Positions 1 through 7,870 are shown, numbered from the stretch's first letter. The stretch: DNA of 22,816 nucleotides from an uncultured archaeon (GCA_964354805.1 CAYHBD010000045.1:1-22816); one strand, 5' to 3'. A program made the numbers and translations. The notes: a model not told the origin generated them from the sequence alone.

Positions 1-2
1 GG

Positions 3-24
3 CTTTCTTTCTTCAGAAAGAAAG
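3..24. terminator. 9-bp perfect hairpin just downstream of tRNA-Lys; possible terminator or processing signal
   Basis: CTTTCTTTC (3-11) pairs with GAAAGAAAG (16-24) around a TTCA loop, 7 nt past the tRNA 3' end. Confidence 0.35.
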
Positions 25-30
25 GCTTAA

Positions 31-158
31 CGAGCCCGGTGGGATTCGAACCCACGACACCTTGGTTTCCTCAATCTTGAACAGAATTAAAAGCTTCACT
101 GAAAAATGCTTTAACAAGCAATTTTCTCAAGTGCTCTGCCAGACTGAGCTACGGGCCC
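31..158 (-). tRNA. tRNA-Lys(UUU) with two introns (95-127 at position 30/31; 67-87 at canonical 37/38)
   Basis: Spliced minus strand reads GGGCCCG-TA-GCTCAGTCTGGCAGAGC-A-CTTG^GCTTTTA^ACCAAG-GTGTC-GTGGG-TTCGAAT-CCCAC-CGGGCTC-G, a full cloverleaf. Intron 1 forms a strict BHB (CACT/AGTG helix, GAAAA/TTTTC outer helix); intron 2 forms a relaxed BHB. CCA is not encoded. Confidence 0.92.
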
Positions 159-186
159 AGCGATAAAGAACTATTTGGAAACAAAC

Positions 187-196
187 TTATATAAAA
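187..196 (-). promoter_or_regulatory. TATA box of tRNA-Lys
   Basis: Minus strand TTTTATATAA about 30 nt upstream of the mature tRNA 5' end. Confidence 0.6.
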
Positions 197-224
197 AATT
201 AGGTTGGGGCAGACTTTAAAACAG

Positions 225-1514
225 TTACTTTTTCTCAACGGATTTGATCTCCTTCAGCCCGTTCATGTATTTTTGCAGCGCCTTAGGCACCTTAATTGTT
301 CCCTGCTTTGTCTGATAATTTTCAATAATGCAGCGCAGCGCGCGCGTGGTTGCAACCATTGTGCTGTTCAGGGTGTGAACGAACTGCTTGCTGCCGTCCT
401 TCTTCCTGTATTTTATGTTCAGGGCAGCGCTCTGGAAGGCGGTGCAGTTGCTGCAGCTCATTAACTCGAAATACTTTTGCTCCCTTGGCGACCAGCCATT
501 AACATCATACTTTTTGGCTGCAACTGTTCCAATGTCGCCGGTGCAGACATTTGTTACATTGTAAGGGAGCTGCAGCTTTTTGAGCAGCTCTTCGGCATTT
601 TTGACAAGCGCTTCGTGCAATTTCCAGCTTTCTTCAGGCTTACAAAAAATTATCTGCTCTATTTTGTTGAACTGGTGAACCCTAAAAAAGCCCCGCTCAT
701 CCAAACCATGCTTTCCAATTTCTTTGCGGAAGCACGGGCTGACTCCAGCTAACAGAATTGGCAATTGTTTTTCTTCCAGAATTTCGTCCATATACATTGA
801 AACAAGCGGGTGCTCTGATGTGGCAATCAAGTACTGGTCTTCGTTGTCAATCTTGTACATTACGTTTTCAAAATCTTCCAGGGGAGCAACGCCTTCGTAT
901 GGCTTTCTTTTAATCATCAAGGGCGGCTGAATTAATGTGAAGCCTTTCTTTGAAAGCAAATCAATTGCAAAACGCTGCAATGCAATGTCAAGCAAGGCAA
1001 GGCTGCCCCTCAAAATGAAAAATCCGGCACCGCTTATCTTAACTGCTCTTTCAAAATCTGCAATGCCAAGCTCTGCTGCAAGCTGGCCGTGGTGCTTTAT
1101 TGGAAAAGCAGGCTTTTTTGTTTTGCCCCATTTCCTTATGACCTTGTTGTCATTGTCGTCCTTTCCGGCAGGAACTGATTCGTGCAAAACATTCGGCAGC
1201 CTGCTGAGGTAGTAATCAATTCTCTCCCTGAATGCCTGGATTGAATCCTCTTTCTTTTTAATATGCAACGGAACCTGCTTTGCCTCTTCAAGCAGCTGCT
1301 TTGGATCTTTGCCAGCGCGCTTTGCAGCATCGATCTGCTTGCTCAACTCGTTTCGCCTCTGCCTCAGGCTGTCAATTTCCTGCTTCAGCTCCCTCCACTG
1401 CTTGTCTTTTGCAAGAAGATCGCGCAGCCAAGCGATTTTTTCCGAATCGCCCCTGCGCTGCAGGCTTTTTTCAACCAAACCAGAACTCTGCCTGATTAAA
1501 TCAATTTCCAGCAT
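225..1514 (-). CDS. serS: Seryl-tRNA synthetase
   Basis: 429 aa with N-terminal coiled-coil arm, YLIATSEHPL, motif 2 CFRKE...FFRVHQFNKIEQ, ELMSCSNCT and motif 3 HTLNSTMVATTRALRCIIENYQ; GGTGA RBS upstream. Confidence 0.97.
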   Translation of the reverse strand: MLEIDLIRQSSGLVEKSLQRRGDSEKIAWLRDLLAKDKQWRELKQEIDSLRQRRNELSKQIDAAKRAGKDPKQLLEEAKQVPLHIKKKEDSIQAFRERIDYYLSRLPNVLHESVPAGKDDNDNKVIRKWGKTKKPAFPIKHHGQLAAELGIADFERAVKISGAGFFILRGSLALLDIALQRFAIDLLSKKGFTLIQPPLMIKRKPYEGVAPLEDFENVMYKIDNEDQYLIATSEHPLVSMYMDEILEEKQLPILLAGVSPCFRKEIGKHGLDERGFFRVHQFNKIEQIIFCKPEESWKLHEALVKNAEELLKKLQLPYNVTNVCTGDIGTVAAKKYDVNGWSPREQKYFELMSCSNCTAFQSAALNIKYRKKDGSKQFVHTLNSTMVATTRALRCIIENYQTKQGTIKVPKALQKYMNGLKEIKSVEKK

Positions 1515-1630
1515 TTGAATTCACCAAACAACCTTCAGGTAATAAAAATGATTTGTAGAGAATATAAATATATAGCGCGGCAAGAGATTGCCCAAAGATG
1601 TGGCTGTAGGGAGCAGCAGAGGGGGGTTGC

Positions 1631-2176
1631 GTGGTGAAAAACAAAAAACAACAAATCATTATCCTGAGATATAGTCACAGGGCAGTCAGAGACTATAGAG
1701 TTACAACGCACTGCTGCCTTGTTGCAAGAGCGCTGGGAGCAAAAAAAATAATAATTGCTGGAGAAAAGGACGAAGGCCTGAAGAAAAGTGTGATGGCTGT
1801 AGTGAAAAAGTGGGGCAATGGCTTCAAGCTTGAGTTCACTGAAAGCTGGCGCAGGATAGTAAAGCAATTTAAAAGAAACGGCTTTTTTGTAATACACCTG
1901 ACAATGTACGGGCTGCCCCTGCAGCAGCAGATAAAAAAATTAAGGGAGCAAAAAAAAGTGCTTGTCATAATTGGCAGCCAAAAAGTAGAGGGAGAAGTGT
2001 ACAGGCAAAGCGACGCAAACATTGCTGTAACAGCCCAGCCCCACAGCGAAATCGCGGCGCTCGCAATCCTGCTCGACTGGTTGCAGCAGGGAAAAGAATT
2101 GGAAAAAAAATTCAAGGGAGCAAAAATAAAAATAACGCCAGTGGAGAGAGGAAAAAAAGTGGCGAAAATTGGTTAA
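1631..2176 (+). CDS. trm56: tRNA (cytidine56-2'-O)-methyltransferase (aTrm56, SPOUT family)
   Basis: LRYSHRAVRDYRVTTHCCLVARALGA, HLTMYG, IIGSQKVEGEVY and QPHSEIAALA are aTrm56 signatures; adjacent to tfe as in many archaea. Confidence 0.95.
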   Translation: MVKNKKQQIIILRYSHRAVRDYRVTTHCCLVARALGAKKIIIAGEKDEGLKKSVMAVVKKWGNGFKLEFTESWRRIVKQFKRNGFFVIHLTMYGLPLQQQIKKLREQKKVLVIIGSQKVEGEVYRQSDANIAVTAQPHSEIAALAILLDWLQQGKELEKKFKGAKIKITPVERGKKVAKIG

Positions 2177-2304
2177 GGGAGCAAAAAAAGCAGACCTGTA
2201 AAGAGAAAAAAATTAAGGGAACAAAAAATCTGAAAATTTGGGCAAAAAATGAAAATAAATCGTTTTTTAAAAAAATTTGTTGAAAAAATATGAAAGGTGT
2301 GAAT

Positions 2305-2832
2305 ATGGCAAAGATAACCAGGTTCCCAATAGTACAGGATTTTCTGAAAAACGTTGGCGGCGAATACGCGACCGGCCTGGTTAAAATATGCGAAACCAAA
2401 AATGAGGGTGCAACAGACGAAGAGTTGGCAAAAAAATTGAAGCTGAAGGTAACAGAAGTGAGGACAATACTAAACAGGCTGCACTACAGGGGGATTGCAT
2501 TTTACAAAAAAACAAAAAACACGCGCACGGGGTGGTACAACTACGCCTGGGGCATAAAGAGCAGCAGGGTAATTGAATTGCTTCTGGCAGAACAAAAAGA
2601 GGTAATTGAAAAGCTTGAAACAAGCCAAAACTTCGAAAAAACATATAGTTATTTCAGCTGCAAAAAGAACTGCACGGCAGTACCGTTCGAAATAGCGGCA
2701 GAATACCAGTTCAAATGCCCAGAATGCAACTGCACAATGGAAGCAGTAAATAGCGAAGAAAGGGCAAAAAAGCTGTCAAAACAGATAGCTGGACTAAAAA
2801 AAGAAATGGGGGAAATGCAAAAAATAATATAA
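2305..2832 (+). CDS. tfe: Transcription factor E, alpha subunit
   Basis: wHTH TDEELA...VRTILNRLH, GWYNYAW, zinc ribbon FSC...FEIAAEYQFKCPEC and C-terminal coiled coil; ATG 2305 chosen from the AGGTGTGA RBS (ORF track starts at 2290). Confidence 0.93.
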   Translation: MAKITRFPIVQDFLKNVGGEYATGLVKICETKNEGATDEELAKKLKLKVTEVRTILNRLHYRGIAFYKKTKNTRTGWYNYAWGIKSSRVIELLLAEQKEVIEKLETSQNFEKTYSYFSCKKNCTAVPFEIAAEYQFKCPECNCTMEAVNSEERAKKLSKQIAGLKKEMGEMQKII

Positions 2833-3198
2833 AAAAAGGGGAAAAAGGGCTGCAAAAATGGGGGGCATGGAAGACAAAAAAAACTAAAACCGAGCAATAA
2901 TGCAAAAAACGGTGGGAAAAAGAAGAGAACAAAAAACCTAAAAAAAGGGCAAATGGCAAAAAATTAAGCAAAAAACAATGCGAAAAAACACACAAACTTG
3001 GACAAATAAGAAAGAGTGGCGGAATCCAAAAACAAGTGGTTAAAAAAGGGTTAAAATTCTTTTTTTTAAAAATAAAGCAATAATAAAGCTTAAAATTAGA
3101 AAAAAAGGAAAAATTTTATTTAAAAATCACATATTGGTTGTTATTTGTTTTTAAATACTTCGCACAGGAGATATTATTTAAGGCAAAAACCGCATAAA

Positions 3199-3309
3199 AG
3201 CGGGGTAGGGCAGCCAGGAGTGCCCGTCGGGCTCATAAAAAGCAGGGAGCAAATACCCCCAGCATCTTGAAAAACCCGAAGGTCGGAGGTTCAAATCCTT
3301 CCCCCGCTA
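3199..3309 (+). tRNA. Initiator tRNA-Met(CAU) with a 36-nt intron at 37/38 (3238-3273)
   Basis: AGCGGGG...CCCCGCT-A acceptor stem (A1-U72), TCGGG-CTCATA^A-CCCGA anticodon arm with three consecutive G-C pairs, and GGAGG-TTCAAAT-CCTTC T arm; TATTTAAG TATA-like box at about 3175. Confidence 0.92.
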
Positions 3310-3654
3310 ATACCCAAAAAAACACAGGCTCACATTGAACAAATTGTGCAAAAATGGCTGAATAAAACAAAAAAAGCCCCAACCCATTCAACGCTAAACC
3401 TCCAACCAACTGGCAGGCTAGCAGGGAGCAGGGCATACCCAAAAAACCACAAAAGCAGGTCACTCACCTAACCAGTCAAACCAGCAAAACAAAAGCAGAC
3501 ATGCAAGAACCATAAAAAATAGCCACTCACCAAGCAACAATTTAAATAAAACCAGCCCACTTAACAAATAGAAAGCCATGCCGGCAAAAAAGACCCAAGA
3601 ACAGGCCACTCACAGCACGCAAAATACTGGACTAGGGGGGCTACAAATCTCGCC

Positions 3655-3667
3655 GCAGGGGGTAATA
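3655..3667 (+). repeat. 13-bp direct repeat, copy 1 (GCAGGGGGTAATA)
   Basis: Identical to 5041-5053. Confidence 0.8.
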
Positions 3668-3752
3668 AACCAGGGCTTGAAACAGGGCCTTAAACATTAG
3701 CCAAAAAGCGCTCTCACTAGTGCCGTATTTTAATGAAAAAAACCAAAAATAT

Positions 3753-3838
3753 GTAATTACAGGTAATTATGGTAATTACCTTTCATTACCGTAATTATTT
3801 TAAGTAATTACTATCATTATTATAATGATGGTAATTAA
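3753..3838. repeat. Cluster of six GTAATTA(C/T/A) near-palindromic boxes plus an ATCATTAT-T-ATAATGAT inverted repeat; likely operator or iteron array
   Basis: Boxes start at 3753, 3763, 3772, 3791, 3804 and 3831; the inverted repeat at 3813-3829 overlaps the start codon of the wHTH gene. Confidence 0.8.
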
Positions 3839-4292
3839 GAAAATAGTGCGAAGTTTTATTGGGATATTCAAAAAGCTGGAGCTGTGGAGCTCGGAAGAGC
3901 AGGAAAAGGTTTATTTCCAGCCGGCGAAGCCGGCCGGCGGCCTAGAGGAAATCCACTCTATTTGGGATTATCTTAAGTTTAAGGAAAATACTCAGGCGTT
4001 TCATGTGTCCAGGGTTTTGGGATTTGAGGAATGGGTTGACATGGCTGAGATAAGAAGGCGGATAAAAGAGGTTTTTGGGGTGGAATACAAGAACGAACGG
4101 AGCCTTTACCCTTATGTTAAAACAATGGACGACCTAGGTCTAATGGAAAGCACTAACGCCGGCGGCAGAAGGCAGTGGAGAAAAAAAGACATATTGATAA
4201 AGAGGGCAGAGAAGGGAGCAGAAAAAATGTCTGCCGACCAGGAAGTTAAAGCTGTTGAGGTTAAGAGAAGAAAGAAAGAGGAAGAAAAATAA
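3825..4292 (+). CDS. Winged helix-turn-helix DNA-binding protein of unknown function
   Basis: VSRVLGFEEWVDMAEIRRRIKEVFGVEY...SLYPYVKTMDDLGLMESTNAGGRRQWR matches the wHTH helix-helix-helix-wing pattern; charged C-terminal tail. Confidence 0.7.
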   Translation: MMVIKKIVRSFIGIFKKLELWSSEEQEKVYFQPAKPAGGLEEIHSIWDYLKFKENTQAFHVSRVLGFEEWVDMAEIRRRIKEVFGVEYKNERSLYPYVKTMDDLGLMESTNAGGRRQWRKKDILIKRAEKGAEKMSADQEVKAVEVKRRKKEEEK

Positions 4293-4302
4293 GCTTTGCC
4301 GA

Positions 4303-4893
4303 TTATGCCCCTTTCAACTTTTTGACGTTGGTGTAGAATTCTTTTAGTTTTTCCGATTGGTTGTAGGTTGCTTTGAACCATTCGTTGCCTGCAATTGATT
4401 GGGCTTCGCTTAAAAGAAGGCTTAAATACCCTGGATCGAGCACACTTTTTGTTTTGCTTGCCGCGATGTTTAGTTCATCCGCCAGTTTTTCGTGCTCTTT
4501 TGAGGTGGTTAAAACATACTTTCGGTCCAGAATTTCTTCAACTGCTTTGATTATTGCTGTTTCGTCAACGTCTTTTTCGTTCATGTAATAAACCGCTTTC
4601 CAGCTACCTTTGTCACGCCATACGTGCGCAGGATTTTTTCCTGTTTTGAAAAATTCAATCAGTTTCTGAAAAATACTAGGCGGGATAATAACACAATTTT
4701 TTCCCGGCCTGACATAAGGTGAGTCGGACAGCACGCCTTTTCTGTGGTAGTGGTATGTTTTGCCGCTTGATTTAAAAACAGCCTGGGTGTAACCGTAGAG
4801 CGCGCGAAACAATTTTTGATAAGTATAGGATGAATGCTTTAAATCCTCGGGAATTATGAATTTGTACTGAATGAAATACCCTTTTAGACCCAT
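4303..4893 (-). CDS. Hypothetical protein with an N-terminal Cas2/VapD-like (ferredoxin-fold) domain and a helical C-terminus
   Basis: YFIQYKF...YQKLFRALYGY...YHYHRKGVLS...YVRPGKNCVIIP...LIEFFK resembles stand-alone archaeal Cas2-like proteins; ATG at 4893 follows a GGGGTG RBS. Confidence 0.6.
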   Translation of the reverse strand: MGLKGYFIQYKFIIPEDLKHSSYTYQKLFRALYGYTQAVFKSSGKTYHYHRKGVLSDSPYVRPGKNCVIIPPSIFQKLIEFFKTGKNPAHVWRDKGSWKAVYYMNEKDVDETAIIKAVEEILDRKYVLTTSKEHEKLADELNIAASKTKSVLDPGYLSLLLSEAQSIAGNEWFKATYNQSEKLKEFYTNVKKLKGA

Positions 4894-5040
4894 CCGCACC
4901 CCACACTTCCACTATTTCACTTTATAATATAAAAAAGTGCTTATGTATAATATGAATATGTAGTATATAAAAATGTTAGTGGTTATGCCCCGCGCGTAAT
5001 TTATTTGGAAAAGAAAGTTAATTTTGTTTATTGAATCGTT

Positions 5041-5053
5041 GCAGGGGGTAATA
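5041..5053 (+). repeat. 13-bp direct repeat, copy 2 (GCAGGGGGTAATA)
   Basis: Identical to 3655-3667. Confidence 0.8.
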
Positions 5054-5079
5054 TTTTTTGCAAACGCCCCCCCGGATTA

Positions 5080-5128
5080 ATTAAAAATTAAAGAAAATGT
5101 GAAAAGTTTTATTAAAAATTAAAGAAAA
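5080..5128 (+). repeat. AT-rich tandem duplication, 18-bp core with 31-bp period
   Basis: ATTAAAAATTAAAGAAAA at 5080-5097 and 5111-5128. Confidence 0.7.
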
Positions 5129-5254
5129 AGTTTTTTGAAAAGCTAGATTTTAAATTTTAAAATTAGAAAAATAATTTGAAAAAAGAAAAAAATTTTGCTT
5201 TGGGTTTGTTTTCTTCTGTGATTGTGGCTGGTTGGTTTGGGTAATTTTTTTGTT

Positions 5255-5551
5255 TTATCTTCGTCTGTACTTGTAATGCATTGGTTGTTGTTCCGGTTCA
5301 GGCTCTGCAGCAACTGGCTTGCTTGAAACAATCATTATATCCTTGACTGATTTCACGTTTCTGTATGGAATGCTTTTTTCGCTGATTATTTTTTTTGCTT
5401 CCTGCTTTGTCCTTGCTTTAAGCGCTTCGGTTGTTATTGTTTCAACCCTCCCTTTTTCAAGGTTTATAACCAAATCAAAAACCTTCCCCTTGTATTCCGC
5501 ATCTCCGGTGTAGATGTCCATGCCGAATAATTTTGAAAGTCTCATTGACAT
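5255..5551 (-). CDS. PRC-barrel domain protein
   Basis: RLSKLFGMDIYT..AEYKGKVFDLVINLEKGRV and IPYRNVKSVKDIMIV are typical of archaeal PRC barrels; GGAGGGTG RBS. Confidence 0.88.
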   Translation of the reverse strand: MSMRLSKLFGMDIYTGDAEYKGKVFDLVINLEKGRVETITTEALKARTKQEAKKIISEKSIPYRNVKSVKDIMIVSSKPVAAEPEPEQQPMHYKYRRR

Positions 5552-5795
5552 ATCGCACCCTCCTTTTATATTATATGCTTCCCCCTCAATTAAATCAGGG
5601 TGTTGTTAAAATTTTTTCTCTTTTCAACACACTGAATTTTTTTAGGTTCAGCTATTTTTGGCTATACAATTAGTTCATTTTAATATTTAAAGCTTTTGGT
5701 TTCCCCCTTTTCACCGAATACCTATACATAATGAATTTTTTGAGTAAAAATGGCTGGCTGGCGAGGCTATCCAGCAGGGCCACGCAGCACCCACC

Positions 5796-5826
5796 TTATA
5801 CATAACAGAAAGTTGGGGCTTAAAAC
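5796..5826. other. Candidate tyrosine-recombinase crossover site (dif/attI-like)
   Basis: TTATACATAAC-AGAAA-GTTGGGGCTTAAAAC, about 120 bp downstream of the xerA stop; related to 20217-20245. Confidence 0.5.
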
Positions 5827-5942
5827 ACGCCCTCCCCTTATATTTTGCCCTTAAATAGTGGAAGTGCAGAGCCGGCTGCTGCCCTGGCAATCATAGTTTC
5901 TCAAATTGGTTTTTTGCTCTTGCCCTTCTCTTGCCCCTACAA

Positions 5943-6926
5943 TTATAGTTTATCCAGCGGGCTTTGCACTTTTTTTAATTCTTGCATTGATACTTGGGTG
6001 TATATTTGGGTTGTGTTCAGGCTGCTGTGGCCAAGCAGTTCCTGGATTTTTCTGATATTTTCCCCTGCTTCGAGCAGGTGGGTTGCATAGCTGTGCCTTA
6101 GAGTGTGCGGGGTTACATGTTTTTCTATGCCCGCTTTTTTTGCTGCTTTGCCCACTATTCTTTGCACCGTGTCTGTTGAGAATGGTTTGCCGTTTTTTTT
6201 GCTGAAAACAAAGGGGCTTTTTACTTTTTTTCTTTTCAAGTATTTTTTAACTTCTTTTGCCCATTCCTTTGACAAAATTATTATCCTGTCCTTGTTTCCT
6301 TTTCCCCCTTTTACTGTTGCAACCCTTTCCTTCAAATTCAAATCAACTGTTTGCAGTTTTACTGACTCGCTGACCCTGCATCCAGTGCTGTAAAGGAACT
6401 GGATAAACAGCCTGTTCCTTTTTGTTTTTGCTGCATTTATCAGTGCCCTCACTTCCTGCCTTGTGAGGACAGTAGGCAGCTTTTTTGCTTTCTTTGGGGT
6501 CTTGATGTCGTCAACTATTTTTTTGCCAAGCACTTCGTGGAAGAAGAAGCGCAGTGCAGCGTGTATTAGTGCAAGGGTTGCGTTGCTTGCATTCTCATTC
6601 TCTTTTCGTTCAGCAAGGAAACTAATTATATCGTCCCTTTCAACACCGTCAATCAGCTTGTTGCATTGCGCCAGAAATATTTTCAAATAATAAAAATAAA
6701 CTTTTTGGGTTTGGGGGCTGTAGCCGGAAATAATCAGCCTGTGCCTAAATTTTATCAGCAGCGCTTCTTTTTCTTCGCTTAATTCATCAGCGGCATTTGC
6801 CGGCACTTTTTGTTTAATTAATTCCCCCCTTGTGTCGTCCAGTTTATTTTCAGTGGTTTGTTTTTGTTTAATTAACCCACCGTTTGTTTCGTCCTGCCCA
6901 TTTCCGGCAAATTCATTTTGCGGCAT
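5943..6926 (-). CDS. xerA: XerA-type site-specific tyrosine recombinase
   Basis: N-terminal SAM-like domain (GYSPQTQKVY...ALRFFF), KKLPTVLT, and catalytic residues in GCRVSE, GKGNKDR, HTLRHSYATH and LLGHSSLNTTQIY; no IntI-specific insertion. Confidence 0.9.
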   Translation of the reverse strand: MPQNEFAGNGQDETNGGLIKQKQTTENKLDDTRGELIKQKVPANAADELSEEKEALLIKFRHRLIISGYSPQTQKVYFYYLKIFLAQCNKLIDGVERDDIISFLAERKENENASNATLALIHAALRFFFHEVLGKKIVDDIKTPKKAKKLPTVLTRQEVRALINAAKTKRNRLFIQFLYSTGCRVSESVKLQTVDLNLKERVATVKGGKGNKDRIIILSKEWAKEVKKYLKRKKVKSPFVFSKKNGKPFSTDTVQRIVGKAAKKAGIEKHVTPHTLRHSYATHLLEAGENIRKIQELLGHSSLNTTQIYTQVSMQELKKVQSPLDKL

Positions 6927-6940
6927 AATCTATTACTGTG

Positions 6941-7028
6941 TTTTAAGTTGTTTTTATTGTTTTGCCTTTTGGGGTTTGCTCTTTTTGTTTTTTTGAGGTT
7001 TTTAAGTTGTTTTTATTGTTTTGCCTTT
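6941..7028. repeat. Perfect 29-bp direct repeat upstream of xerA
   Basis: TTTTAAGTTGTTTTTATTGTTTTGCCTTT at 6941-6969 and 7000-7028. Confidence 0.85.
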
Positions 7029-7191
7029 GAAAGTTTGCCTCCTCTACTTTTTATTTTTTATTATTTTTTGTGCCGGTATTTTTGCAAAGCTCGGTTTTTG
7101 TTCTTTTTTGCGCTCGCCGCAATGGGTTTAAATTTTTTTTGCGCAGCGCAGGGTTTTAATAATTTTTAGTTTCTTCTTTTCTTTGATTTGC

Positions 7192-7392
7192 ATGATGAGA
7201 AAGGCGAGGCAGAATCCCTCTGTGCCCATTTCGAGGCCTGAGGACAAGGCTTGGAACGAGTGGTTTAACAAGCTGCGTCCTGAGGAGCATGAAGACTATT
7301 TGTCAAAGCTTGGCCTGGACAAGGAAGACATTGATGAGTGGGAGGAAAAGGGCGGGTTCAAGAGGGGCACCGGTGCGAAGAGGAAAGAGTAA
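7192..7392 (+). CDS. Small hypothetical protein (66 aa)
   Basis: GC-richer ORF with protein-like composition (AWNEWFNKLRPEEHEDYLSKLGL) between AT-rich flanks; TTTTAATA TATA-like box upstream. Confidence 0.65.
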   Translation: MMRKARQNPSVPISRPEDKAWNEWFNKLRPEEHEDYLSKLGLDKEDIDEWEEKGGFKRGTGAKRKE

Positions 7393-7521
7393 ACAGCTGC
7401 AAGCCAGGCAACTAATTTTTTTTATTTGCGCGTGTTAAAAATTAATTAAATTTGATTTTTGTTTTATTTTGTGTGGCAATTAACTGTTATGTAAGGAGAA
7501 GAATTGGAAGCGCAGTGCCGG

Positions 7522-7749
7522 TTACTTCGATATTTTTGCGTAATGCAGGATTGATTTTGCTTGGATATACAGGGTGAATGCGCCAACGCCTGAAAGCCAT
7601 GCAGCAAAGTAGTAGAACAGGGTGTACTGCTCGTTTTGCAGGTGGGACATAATTCCTTCAACCAGGCTCCAAATAAAGAGTGTTGCAAAAATCACTCCCA
7701 CGATGAAGAAGAATGCGCCGCGTATAAAAATTGCCGTTACCTGTTTCAT
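7522..7749 (-). CDS. Small two-TM membrane protein
   Basis: Two hydrophobic segments in 75 aa; AT-rich TATA-like region upstream. Confidence 0.7.
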   Translation of the reverse strand: MKQVTAIFIRGAFFFIVGVIFATLFIWSLVEGIMSHLQNEQYTLFYYFAAWLSGVGAFTLYIQAKSILHYAKISK

Positions 7750-7870
7750 GTGTTAGCTTATAAAATACAATATATTTTTAAATAGTTTAATCCCATATAT
7801 TAGTGCATTTAACCTAATTTTCTTTGGATATTAATTAGTTTGATGGAATAGAAGGTGGGTTTTTGTGGAC

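Noticed and set aside
1735-2228. Recurrent (AA)GGGAGCAAAAA words as polar KOPS-like signals
   Set aside because: Mostly inside a purine-rich coding region and explicable by composition; enrichment cannot be shown by eye.
3241-3430. 11-bp match between the tRNA-iMet intron and 3420-3430
   Set aside because: GCAGGGAGCA recurs several times elsewhere in the window, including within genes.
3631-3690. Canonical ORB elements
   Set aside because: G-strings are present but there is no convincing TCCA-N-GAAA core and no orc1/cdc6 gene in the window.
4303-4893. CRISPR-Cas locus suggested by the Cas2-like gene
   Set aside because: No cas1, effector genes or repeat-spacer array in the window.
5943-6926. 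Calling the recombinase an integron integrase (IntI)
   Set aside because: It lacks the IntI-specific insertion between the KDR motif and the FVF patch; the spacing is XerA/XerD-like.
3199-6926. Provirus integrated at tRNA-iMet using the nearby recombinase
   Set aside because: I found no duplicated tRNA 3' end in the window and no viral or replication genes; the PRC-barrel and xerA genes look chromosomal.
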